64,000 nucleotides of DNA from Candidatus Epilinea brevis. Its GTDB lineage: Bacteria > Chloroflexota > Anaerolineae > Epilineales > Epilineaceae. Numbering within the stretch: the stretch's first letter is position 1; each line of letters starts with the position of its first letter. The notes under the pieces were generated by a model. That model was not told the origin of the DNA. It worked only from the letters and a program-made list of their open reading frames with translations, and searched no databases. The stretch is taken from contig JADJUE010000013.1 of the NCBI GenBank assembly GCA_016710785.1, positions 43,007 to 107,006 of the forward strand, written 5' to 3'. Position numbers and translations under genes: made by a program. Shown one piece after another: positions 48,006 through 57,000 of this stretch.

Positions 48006-50450
48006 CTACGACGCAAGTACGTCGGAGGTAGACAGTTGCAGCCGTCGCTCCACGAGCTTGCGCAGACGGAGTTCGACCGCTCCGTTGACCGTCCCCGCCG
48101 GGTACTGTCCGTCAGCCTGTCGTTCGCCCGCAGGGTGTCCGGTCAGCAAGGCCATCGCCTCGTCTACCGTGGCGATTGGGAATAAGTAGAAGCGTCTTGC
48201 CTGAATGGCCTCCAAGACGTCGTCGCTCAACATCAGCTGCTGGACGTTGGCGAGGGGCAGAAGGACCCCCTGAGTCCCGGTCAGTCCGTTCTGCCGGCAG
48301 ACCCTGAAGAAGCCTTCTACCTTCTCGTTGATACCGCCGATTGGCTGGACCCTCCCCATTTGGTCCAGGGCCCCGGTGACAGCCAGGTCTTGCCGCAAGG
48401 GCATCTCGGTCAAGGCCGACAGCAGAGCCGCCAATTCGGCTGTAGAAGCGCTATCTCCATCGACAAGCGCATAGGACTGCTCGAAGGTAATGCTCGCCGC
48501 GATGCTGAAGGGTTCGCCCGAGAGGTAGCGTCCGCGCAGGAACCCCTCCAAGATACGGACACCCTTGCTGTGAAAGGCGCCGCTGAGGGCCACCTCGCCC
48601 TCGATGTCCGAGACCAGACCAGTGCCCAGGCCAACCACCGCGGTGATCCTGGAGGGCATCCCGAAACTGAACTCCCCCCGAGTCAGAACAGTCAGCCCAT
48701 TCACCTGACCAACCGCCATCCCCTCCGTGAAACAGGTCAAAAGGCCGTAGTCGACGGCTTCCAGCATGCGCTGCCGCGAAAGGTCGGAACGGGACTCTCG
48801 CTGGTGCAAGGCCTGGTTGACATCGCCTGCGGCGATCGTTGCACGACCGGACTTTCCCGCCCAATAATCCGCCTCGTGCATCACGTTCGTCAGATCGAGG
48901 AAGTGGTTCGAGAGCCGCGCTCCGTTGTCAGCATCGCGGGCGCTGTACTCGATCAACCGCGCCACGGCGGGCGCGTCCAAGTGCCGAATGTTCTCGTTGC
49001 GGCAGGTGTTGGCGACGAAGCGTGCCAGAAGCAACTCGGATTCCGGCGTTCGGTCCATACTCGCCGCGAATTCAGCACTGACCTTGAACAGCTCGGCCAG
49101 GTCGTTGTCGGCCTGATGGAGAGCAAAGTACAGACTGGTGGAGCCGGTCAGAATGACCTTGCAGCCCAGGGTCATGGGCTGGGGATCCAGGCTGATCGCC
49201 GTGATGGGATTCTGGTCCGAGTTCGGAGGCTCGATTCGCACCTCCTGATGCCGCAGAGCCCGCTTCAGAGCGTCCCAGGCGTAGGGCTGGGCTAGCAGGT
49301 CTTCAGCCTCCAGGACGAGGTAGCCGCCGTTGGCGCGGTGCAAGGCCCCGGGCTTGATGAGCGTGTGGTCGGTCATGGCTGAACCGCCCCGTTGCTCATA
49401 CTCGATCCGTCCAACCAGGTTGGCCAGGGTGGGCAAGCGCTCGAAATGCACTGGCGCCCCGGTGGTCCCGGCATGATCCACGAGCACGTTCGCGGCCCAG
49501 CGCCGCAGCCGAATGTCCGACCTGCGACGCACGCGAGCCCGCGCGGCCGAATCAAGGCCGGCGACCGACGAGCCTTCGCTTTCATCGCCATCGCCGTTCG
49601 GAGGCCGGAGCAGCTCCAAGTGGTCCAGAATGTCGTCTCTGACCTTGCTGAGGTAAGTCATGACGTCCGGCAACTCTGCGAAGTCATCGTCGAGTTCGGC
49701 AATCCGGTGGTTCACCTCTTTGGCCGCGATATCCCGATCCAGGGTCGCATTCGCGTCGGCCGCCTCACGCTCCAGCAGGCGCTGCGACCGGGTGGCGGTC
49801 TCCAGCACCGCCTCGGCGCGCTGCAAGGCGTCTCGCAACCGCACACGATCAGGCTCAGGCAAGGCGGCGAAGGCCTCCCGCGTCATCGGCCCGTCAACCG
49901 AGAGTGGCGCAACGGTCAGCCCTTCCGGTGTCTGCAGGAGCCCGATGCCGTCTGTGGCGACAGTGGTTCGCACCGTTTCGAAGAGGTCTTGACTGCGACT
50001 CTCGAATGTATGAATCAGGTCTTGACGGCGGTTGGCGGCCGCATCGGTCTCGAAGGCCGCGGGTAGGGCGATGAGCAGCTCTTCAACCACGCGATTGAGT
50101 TCGGCGCTCAGCTCCGCGCCCCTCCCCGCCGGTAGGCGGAGGAATCGCGGACGATAGGGTTCCTCGAAATTGAAGATGTAACACAGATCATCCGCAGCGG
50201 GTCGCAATGAGGCCACCTGGTTGAGGAAGAGCCGCAAGGTGGTGGACTTGCCAGAACCGCCCGGACCGTGGGCGAAGATGTGGTAGCCGCGACGATCGAT
50301 CTCCACCCCGAAGCGAACCGCCTCCACTGCCCTGGGCTGACCGATGATTTCCACCAACGGCTCGAGTTCCGCTGTGCTTGCGAACCCGAGGGTCTCAGGG
50401 TTGCAGCGGCGGATGCCGCTGTCCGGCGGCAACGGTCGAGGCACGGTCAT
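48006..50450 (-). CDS. Lon-like ATP-dependent protease (YcbZ/LonB-type AAA+ ATPase with a C-terminal S16 proteolytic domain)
   Basis: The P-loop is HGPGGSGKST, followed by a long helical insert. The C-terminal segments VTGALDQMGRVQPIGGINEKVEGF resemble the Lon_C Ser-Lys dyad region. The product is 814 aa. Confidence 0.7.
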   Translation of the reverse strand: MTVPRPLPPDSGIRRCNPETLGFASTAELEPLVEIIGQPRAVEAVRFGVEIDRRGYHIFAHGPGGSGKSTTLRLFLNQVASLRPAADDLCYIFNFEEPYRPRFLRLPAGRGAELSAELNRVVEELLIALPAAFETDAAANRRQDLIHTFESRSQDLFETVRTTVATDGIGLLQTPEGLTVAPLSVDGPMTREAFAALPEPDRVRLRDALQRAEAVLETATRSQRLLEREAADANATLDRDIAAKEVNHRIAELDDDFAELPDVMTYLSKVRDDILDHLELLRPPNGDGDESEGSSVAGLDSAARARVRRRSDIRLRRWAANVLVDHAGTTGAPVHFERLPTLANLVGRIEYEQRGGSAMTDHTLIKPGALHRANGGYLVLEAEDLLAQPYAWDALKRALRHQEVRIEPPNSDQNPITAISLDPQPMTLGCKVILTGSTSLYFALHQADNDLAELFKVSAEFAASMDRTPESELLLARFVANTCRNENIRHLDAPAVARLIEYSARDADNGARLSNHFLDLTNVMHEADYWAGKSGRATIAAGDVNQALHQRESRSDLSRQRMLEAVDYGLLTCFTEGMAVGQVNGLTVLTRGEFSFGMPSRITAVVGLGTGLVSDIEGEVALSGAFHSKGVRILEGFLRGRYLSGEPFSIAASITFEQSYALVDGDSASTAELAALLSALTEMPLRQDLAVTGALDQMGRVQPIGGINEKVEGFFRVCRQNGLTGTQGVLLPLANVQQLMLSDDVLEAIQARRFYLFPIATVDEAMALLTGHPAGERQADGQYPAGTVNGAVELRLRKLVERRLQLSTSDVLAS

Positions 50451-50518
50451 CGCTGGCTCCGATGGGTAGGTGGTGAATCCCCATTATAGCCAACGCGCTC
50501 CGGCACCTGGGCGACCGA

Positions 50519-51691
50519 CTACCTACCAGCCGCTAGCCGCCGTTCAGCGTTCTGCACCAGACGCTGACCGCCGGCCGACCACCAGCGACTGAAGGTGCTC
50601 GACTCATCGGAGCGTCGATCACGCCACATCCCTCCCACCCAGTCCACGTAATGAGCCGTTTCGGCGGGCAGAGACCGCTTTCCGGCGAGCATCGCGAGGA
50701 CGGTTCCGGGTCCGCCGTTGTAGGCCGCCGCGGCCAGTTCGACCGACCTCTGCCAATCTGGGTCCGCGCTTTGGCCGAAGCGGCCCAGTTGTTGCGCGAT
50801 GTATGCGGTGCCTAACTCGACATTGGTCAATGGGTCGGTCAGCCGGCTGAGGTTGAAGGCGCTCATTCCCAGCTGCTGGGCGACTTCCGTCGCCGTAGCA
50901 GGCATCAGTTGCATCAGCCCGGTGGCACCCGCTGAGCTGCGTGCCTCTGGGTCGCCACCGGACTCCACCAGGATGATGATGGCCACAAGTTCAGGATCCA
51001 CTTTGTGCCTGGCTGCAATCCGGGCGACATCTGGCCACCAGCGCTGAACGGACTGCGGCAGCCATGCGATATCTGGCGACGAGGAACGGCTGGAGGACGT
51101 CAGGGCGAGGCTGTCAACAGAGGACTCGCTCGTCGCTACGATCGTCTCGCCACCGCTGTACGAGGCTGCGGACTGAGGCTGTGACCAACGCTCCGGACGA
51201 AGGTCTGCACTATCCAGAAGGGCTGGCTCGCCGGCAGTGAGCCGTATGGCATCGGCGGTAACGAAACCGTAGCGGTAGCCGTCGGAATCGACGATCCGAA
51301 CCCAGTTGAGGGCATGCAGGCCGAGCCCGGAAGCCACGCGCAACTGTCCGCCTATCTCGACCGACGCGCCCGACGGGATCTCCTGACTGGCCACCACCGC
51401 CCCCGGAGCGTCGTAAAGGGGGACGGCGCGTTCGGTCGAACCCAGGGCTTGCACGCTGAAAGGCATGGGGGGCGCTAGAGGAGGAGCGCTGGCTACTGCT
51501 TCTACAGCGTCGGTGGTTGTAGCGGCCAGGTTCTGCGGCAGGGCGGCCGCACCGAGCATCACGAGACCCAGAACCAGGAGCCCCACTGAGGTGACGGATC
51601 CACCGCGGACCGAGCGGGGCAAGGATGCTGGTGAGCGGTAGTTGCTGTGGCCGGAGCCATGGGGGGCGTAACTGCTGACATGGGCGGTCAT
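50519..51691 (-). CDS. Membrane-anchored lytic transglycosylase (SLT domain) protein
   Basis: There is an N-terminal TM. The SLT core is LVAIIILVESGGDPEARSSAGATGLMQLMPATA, with AYNGG following. Confidence 0.65.
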   Translation of the reverse strand: MTAHVSSYAPHGSGHSNYRSPASLPRSVRGGSVTSVGLLVLGLVMLGAAALPQNLAATTTDAVEAVASAPPLAPPMPFSVQALGSTERAVPLYDAPGAVVASQEIPSGASVEIGGQLRVASGLGLHALNWVRIVDSDGYRYGFVTADAIRLTAGEPALLDSADLRPERWSQPQSAASYSGGETIVATSESSVDSLALTSSSRSSSPDIAWLPQSVQRWWPDVARIAARHKVDPELVAIIILVESGGDPEARSSAGATGLMQLMPATATEVAQQLGMSAFNLSRLTDPLTNVELGTAYIAQQLGRFGQSADPDWQRSVELAAAAYNGGPGTVLAMLAGKRSLPAETAHYVDWVGGMWRDRRSDESSTFSRWWSAGGQRLVQNAERRLAAGR

Positions 51692-51782
51692 GGTCGGACT
51701 CCTGACTCATTGATTCCGTTGCCCTTGGAACAGGCTACGGATGCGGCCGCGCCCTCGTGAAGCCGTGGTGGCGAAGTCGCTT

Positions 51783-51817
51783 AGAACAGATGTTCACATT
51801 CTATAAGAACAACTGTT
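51783..51817. promoter_or_regulatory. Two tandem GAAC-N4-GTTC palindromes (Cheo-box-type, candidate LexA/SOS operators)
   Basis: GAACAGATGTTC is at 51783-51794 and GAACAACTGTTC at 51806-51817, with centres 23 bp apart. They lie in a locally AT-richer intergenic stretch about 95-125 bp upstream of the minus-strand SLT start. Confidence 0.4.
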
Positions 51818-51885
51818 CGGAGTCAAGTCCGTTGACGACAGTACATACCCGAACGAGACGGCACCCGATACCAGGCGCAGTGAAG

Positions 51886-51930
51886 GCAAAAAAAGGACCC
51901 CGCCCAGGCGTCAACAGGGCGGGGTCCTCG
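51886..51930. terminator. Bidirectional rho-independent terminator
   Basis: A7 run, then stem GGACCCCGCCC, a loop, and stem GGGCGGGGTCC. On the minus strand the stem is followed by T7, matching the end of the HiPIP gene at 51956. Confidence 0.55.
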
Positions 51931-51955
51931 GAAGCCTGCGTCGCCGCAGGCCCGA

Positions 51956-52312
51956 TCAGGCGGTCTTCTCAGCCCAGCTGTCGCAGTAGCCTCCGGGGTT
52001 GATGGACCCTGGGACTACCAGGCACTTGCCGCAGCTTGCGGTGGCATTGGCAGCATCCGGCTGGAACTGCTGGCAGTTCGTGCAGTTCTTGCCTTCAGTG
52101 ACCGACGCGTCGACGTAGTTCAGCGTCGTCCGCGTGGTCTTCTCATCCTCAGTCAGTGCCGAAACGTCCGTGCAGGCAAGGGCGGTGGCATCGTCAGTAT
52201 CCGTACCGGCGCCCTCGGTCCCGCAGGCTGCCAGAGCACCGGCTCCGACGACGACCGTGCCGACGACGGCCAGGCGCTGAATGAAATTACGGCGGGTCAA
52301 GGTGTCGCTCAT
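51956..52312 (-). CDS. High-potential iron-sulfur protein (HiPIP) with a Tat signal peptide
   Basis: TRRNFIQRLAVVGTVVVGAGALAAC is a twin-arginine signal. The Cys ligands are CTNCQQF...CGKC...GGYCDSW. Confidence 0.7.
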   Translation of the reverse strand: MSDTLTRRNFIQRLAVVGTVVVGAGALAACGTEGAGTDTDDATALACTDVSALTEDEKTTRTTLNYVDASVTEGKNCTNCQQFQPDAANATASCGKCLVVPGSINPGGYCDSWAEKTA

Positions 52313-52424
52313 CGCGTGCTCTCCTCATGGTTGGCCGCGCCAGGTGCAGTCCCCGCGCAGGTTATGAAGGCCGTCGGGGAATCCGATCCGGCTACACCCT
52401 CCATTATCGAATCCAGACGAGCCC

Positions 52425-53417
52425 ATGTCAAGCGGGCTGCGATGCGAATTACGTTCGTGGTCGGTCGGAGTGCAACCTGATTGCACCTGGTTTGACGGAG
52501 AACGGGATGGCGTGGGACGCCGGACCGCTAAACTGGTGCATGGCATCCCGTTGTCCCATCGCCACAGCGCATCCCCGATCCGCGTCTGCCGACAGCCGCA
52601 GTGCGGTTCTCCTCGCCCGATCCGTGCATGCATGACCGGATCTACTGGAAGGGAACAGGCCTGGCTGCGCGTCATGGCATCAGTGGTGGGCCCTCTAGGA
52701 ACCCAGCGACTGCCGCAGGTCCTCGCCGGCTTGGGCCGGACGGTTGCCGATTTCCGCTACTCGGAGGCGGAGTTGCTCGCGCTCACCGGGAGGTTGTCCG
52801 GTGTCTGTGTCGCGATCGGGATCGCGGCCTGGAGCGGGCGATCGAAGGGGACCTTGCGCGACATAGGGCATCGCTGCCGCGACCTCATGATGGTTGGTCT
52901 GGTTCGGCTCGGACTTTCCGCGCTCGTCGTTGGCCTGCCGTCGCTGTGGGTCCCTCGCCCTGAGTCTGCTTCTCTTGCGGTCCTTTCCTCACTGACGCTC
53001 GCCTTCCTGTCGCTGCGCCTCAGTCCCGCTACCGCTTTGGCGATGCGTGGCGTCGGTGCGGCGGATGCCATCGTCTGCGGATGGCGATGCTCGGGGCGGC
53101 GGCCGCTCGCAGCGGCCCGCCTGGCGTTGCTGGAATGGGCACCGGCCGCATGGGTCGCCGGCAGCGGCTGGAACGTCGCGGGCGTACGGTTGAGCCTGTT
53201 GGGACAGCCCTGGGCGGCGTGGGATCCGGGTCCGTCATGGACTCCCGCTCCGACACTTGCCTGCCTGGCGGCTGGGGTGGCCTTCTGGCTTTGGATGGCG
53301 GAAGCGGATCGCTGGGATGCTGCAGCTGCGGCAGATGACCGCGGTTGCGAGTTGGCGCGGACTCGGACCGTCTCGATCGGCTCGTCCGAAGGAGGTGTGG
53401 CGACTTGGAGAAGTTGA
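52425..53417 (+). CDS. Hypothetical protein (possibly membrane); weak call in a region of atypical codon usage
   Basis: Only a long ORF supports this call. Third-position GC is lower than in neighbours, with many T-ending codons. There is no recognisable domain. An alternative start is at ATG 52674. Confidence 0.2.
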   Translation: MSSGLRCELRSWSVGVQPDCTWFDGERDGVGRRTAKLVHGIPLSHRHSASPIRVCRQPQCGSPRPIRACMTGSTGREQAWLRVMASVVGPLGTQRLPQVLAGLGRTVADFRYSEAELLALTGRLSGVCVAIGIAAWSGRSKGTLRDIGHRCRDLMMVGLVRLGLSALVVGLPSLWVPRPESASLAVLSSLTLAFLSLRLSPATALAMRGVGAADAIVCGWRCSGRRPLAAARLALLEWAPAAWVAGSGWNVAGVRLSLLGQPWAAWDPGPSWTPAPTLACLAAGVAFWLWMAEADRWDAAAAADDRGCELARTRTVSIGSSEGGVATWRS

Positions 53418-53422
53418 ACTGC

Positions 53423-53908
53423 ATGCGTGTTCTCGAGCGGGCGCGGATTCCATTCGCCATGCACCACTTCGCTGCTGAGCACCTCTCCGCTATCGAAGTA
53501 GCCGCACAGGTCGGCGTGGATCCGGCGAGGGTATACAAGACCCTGGTCGCCATTCCGGCTGGCGGCAAGCCCGTCCTGGCCATGTTGGCCGCCCCGTCCA
53601 GCCTGGATCTCAAGTCGCTCGCCCGGGTGCTTGGGGTGAAGCAGGTGGCCATGGCCACTCAGGCCCAGGCGGAGTCCCTGACGGGGCTGCGGGTCGGAGG
53701 CATCGGAGCGCTGGCGCTCCTGAGCAAGGGATGGCGAACGGTCTTGGACCGCTCGGCTCTGACGGTGCCCCAAGGCAGCATCCTGGTGAGCGCTGGTCGA
53801 CGGGGCATCAACCTGGAGATCTCAGTCGCAGACCTCATCGGGCTGTTGTCGCCGATCGTGGCCGACGTGTCCCTACGGCAAGAGTCGGGTGAGTCGAAGG
53901 CCAGGTGA
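53423..53908 (+). CDS. ybaK: YbaK/EbsC-type aminoacyl-tRNA deacylase
   Basis: VYKTLVAIPAGGKPVLAMLAAPSSLDLKSLARVLGVKQVAMA and the segment from GLRVGGIGALAL to SAGRRGINLEI are colinear with E. coli YbaK. Confidence 0.7.
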   Translation: MRVLERARIPFAMHHFAAEHLSAIEVAAQVGVDPARVYKTLVAIPAGGKPVLAMLAAPSSLDLKSLARVLGVKQVAMATQAQAESLTGLRVGGIGALALLSKGWRTVLDRSALTVPQGSILVSAGRRGINLEISVADLIGLLSPIVADVSLRQESGESKAR

Positions 53909-54094
53909 TGGGCCGCCTGGAACCGGGTGCGGCATAACAACTGCCGACATTGTCCCGTCATATAGGCGATGGTTTCCCTCGCTGATTCGATCGGCGCTTG
54001 CCCGAACGAGTGAGTCGCCTCAGCCCAGGACTTCTTTGTGCGGATAGCCCAGACGCCCCCAGCCGCATTCATCGCCAAGTCGCGACCGATCCGG

Positions 54095-57000
54095 ATGCTT
54101 CGCGATCTGGCTCTCGCAGCCGCAGCGCTCGTCACCTTGGTCGGTGGCTTGGCGCGGGGCGATGACAGCAGCACTGCGTCCTCCCCCGGACCCTTGGCCG
54201 GAGGAAGCTGGCACAGTTTCGCCAACGGGGACCGCGTGGCTCAAGTACTTCCCGATGGCGATCGGCTGTGGGTGGCCAGTCTGGGCGGCGGCGTCTTGCG
54301 CTGGACTCCCGGCGACGGCGGCTACCGGCAGTATCTGGCGCCGCAGGACGGGCTGCCGTCGAACCATGTCAATGCCCTGCTGCGAGACATTGATGGCACA
54401 GTCTGGGCCGCGACGGACGGAGGGCTTTCCTGGTTGCCGCCCGGTGCTGACCGCTGGTCTGCGCTGACCCCGCGCCTGTCTGTCGACCTGCCATCGGCGC
54501 GTGTTACGGCATTGGCGCTCGATGGTCAGGGCGGTATCTGGGTGGGTTTTGCACAACGTTGGGATCCCGAGCGGCCCAATCCGAGAACAGGCGAAGCAGG
54601 CGCCTTTTCGTTGGGCGGATTGGCCCGATACCATCCATCGGAAGGGTTGTTCACCGATATCACCCACGTGACCAGGGACGGGAGCCCGGCTCGCGAGGTG
54701 TACACCACACTTCCCTCTGAAAATGTCACGGCCTTGGCGACGCTTCCGGACGGCACCCTCTGGGTTGGAACCCGTCCGTACCACGTATGGCAGGACCGCG
54801 ATTGCGGCGGCGAAGCCTGTCCCGGCGATCAAGGTTCGTGGATTCAAACGGGAGGCGGACTGGCTGCCCGCAAGGGCGCTGATTGGGGGGTCTGGGCCAG
54901 CACGGAGGACAGCGCGGCCTGCTTCCCTGCACATGTGACCGGACTGGCCGCAGACCTTGCCGGTCGCATGTGGGTCGGCACCATCGGCCATGGTGCCCTG
55001 GTCATGCGTCATGGCCTGCAGGTCAAGGGTTGCCAGGGGGGACAGGCATACTACCTGCGGCCACGGCAGCAGGGACAGCCAGGAGGTTTGCGCGGCAACA
55101 CCGTCTGGTCCATCGCCGCCGGAGCGGACGGTCGCATCTGGATGGGGCAGGGCGACGGTACTGGGGGAGGCCTGGGCATCGCCATCCTCAACCACCGGGG
55201 CACTTTCGACGACTCTTCGGCCTGCAGGGACTGTCCAACGGCCAATGTGGACGACGAATGGACTGTGTTGGACGTTGATGGGCGGGCCGGCGATACCAGC
55301 CTCCTGGTGTCGGCCCTGGCGGTGGATCCGTCGGGTGCTTGGATGGGCAGTCGCGACGACAAGTTGGGGGACGGCGACGGTCTGCGTCGGTACACCCTGC
55401 AGGGCGAATCCTGGCGAATGCTGCGCCATGCCGACAGCGGTCTGCCCTCCAACCGCATCGCCGACATGGCCTTCCAGCCGCAGCGCGGCGAATGGTGGGT
55501 TGCCACGGCTCGCCGTGGCGTCGCGATGTTCGACGGTCGCAGCTGGCGTCGTTGGCCTCGGGTGGGCGCGGCAACGCCCATGGGGGTCGTCACCGGTGCG
55601 GTTCGCCGCGGACAGGGTCTGCTTCCGGTGGCGGTGGCAGACCGAGCCGATTTCGATGCGGCTTTTCCCAGCCTCCCAGGCCTGATCCAGATCGGCGATG
55701 ATGAGACCATCTACCAGGTGAAGGGCTTCAAGCCAGCCAGCGCGGGCCTGGGACCCTGGATGGAGATCAGTCCTGGCCTGGTGGCCCAGGCAGATGCCGG
55801 CAGCCCTATCCGGCGACTGGAACGAGGACCGTCCAGCGATGCCGCGGCGCAGATCGCCGTCGATCCGCAAGGGGGGGTCTGGCTGGGTGGGCGAGAGACC
55901 ATCTGGCAGTCTCGCGGCTGTCCGTCCGACCGTCAGGCGCAGGCTGCCTGCTGGATGGACGGGGGACTGTCCCATTGGGACGGCCGACTCTGGAAGGTTT
56001 ACAACCGTGACAACAGCCCTATTCCGGATCAAGAGGTAGGGGCTGTCGCCGCCGGGTTGGACGGCCGGATATGGATCGGCACCGGCGACGGCAAGTCGGA
56101 GGGCGCCGGGCTGGCCGTCCTGGACCCGAATGCCGGAAGTTGGACCGTCTACAACCGCGCCCGCCTACCGGTGGGCCAGACCTTGGGCAGCAATGGCACC
56201 AATCGCCTGGCGGTGGACCCACAGACCGGCGCCATCTGGGCGGCCCACCACTCGGTGGTCGAGGTCAGCCAGGATGTCAGCGGCCAGCTGCAGCGCAATA
56301 CCCTGGGCGGGGGCGTGTCGCGTTGGGACGGAGCACGATGGTCGGCCTGGACCCGTAATGGTGGCGCTCGCCTGGTGGCTTACGCGGCCACCCGCGACAA
56401 GGGCCAACCCACGACGGGCGGGGAGCTGAACGCCCTTCACGTAGATCGAACCGGGGGCCGTGTGTGGGCGGGCGGCTGGAATGCCGAAGCGAGCTTTCAC
56501 TGGTTGCAGGGCTATGGACTGGACGCCGCGTTGAACTGGTGCCCCTTGGACAGTTGCAGCAACGACAGCTGGCAGAGCCTGATCTTTCCGGATGACGGCC
56601 GGGTCTCGGCCATCGCACAGGACGACAAGGGCCATATCTGGGTGGGGACCAATCGCGCCGGAGCGGGAATCGTGCCGCCGACGGGCGGCGTGAAGGTCTT
56701 CGACGGTACGGACTGGACCACCTACACGCAGGCCAATAGTGGCTTGGTGGACATCGAGATCTCGGCCATCGCGTCGGCCGGGAAGGACACCTGGATAGGC
56801 AGCCTCCAGTCCGGGATCAGTGCTTTTCAGGCCTATCTTCCCCCGACGCCCACCGCCACCGCCACGCGCACGCGAAAGCCGAGCGAGCCATCGCCGACGC
56901 CCCAGCCGACAGCGACGGCCACGCCCACAGCGACTGCCACGTTCACCGTCACGCCCAGCCCTACAACCTATGGTCGCTGTCAGAGTGGCGCCGGCAATTG

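Noticed and set aside
48006-50450. Lon-like protease considered as BrxL of a BREX system.
   Set aside because: No other BREX components (PglX methyltransferase, PglZ, BrxC) are present in the window. A YcbZ-type housekeeping Lon-like protease is the simpler reading.
54020-56032. 670-aa minus ORF.
   Set aside because: It is antisense to the propeller-repeat protein gene.
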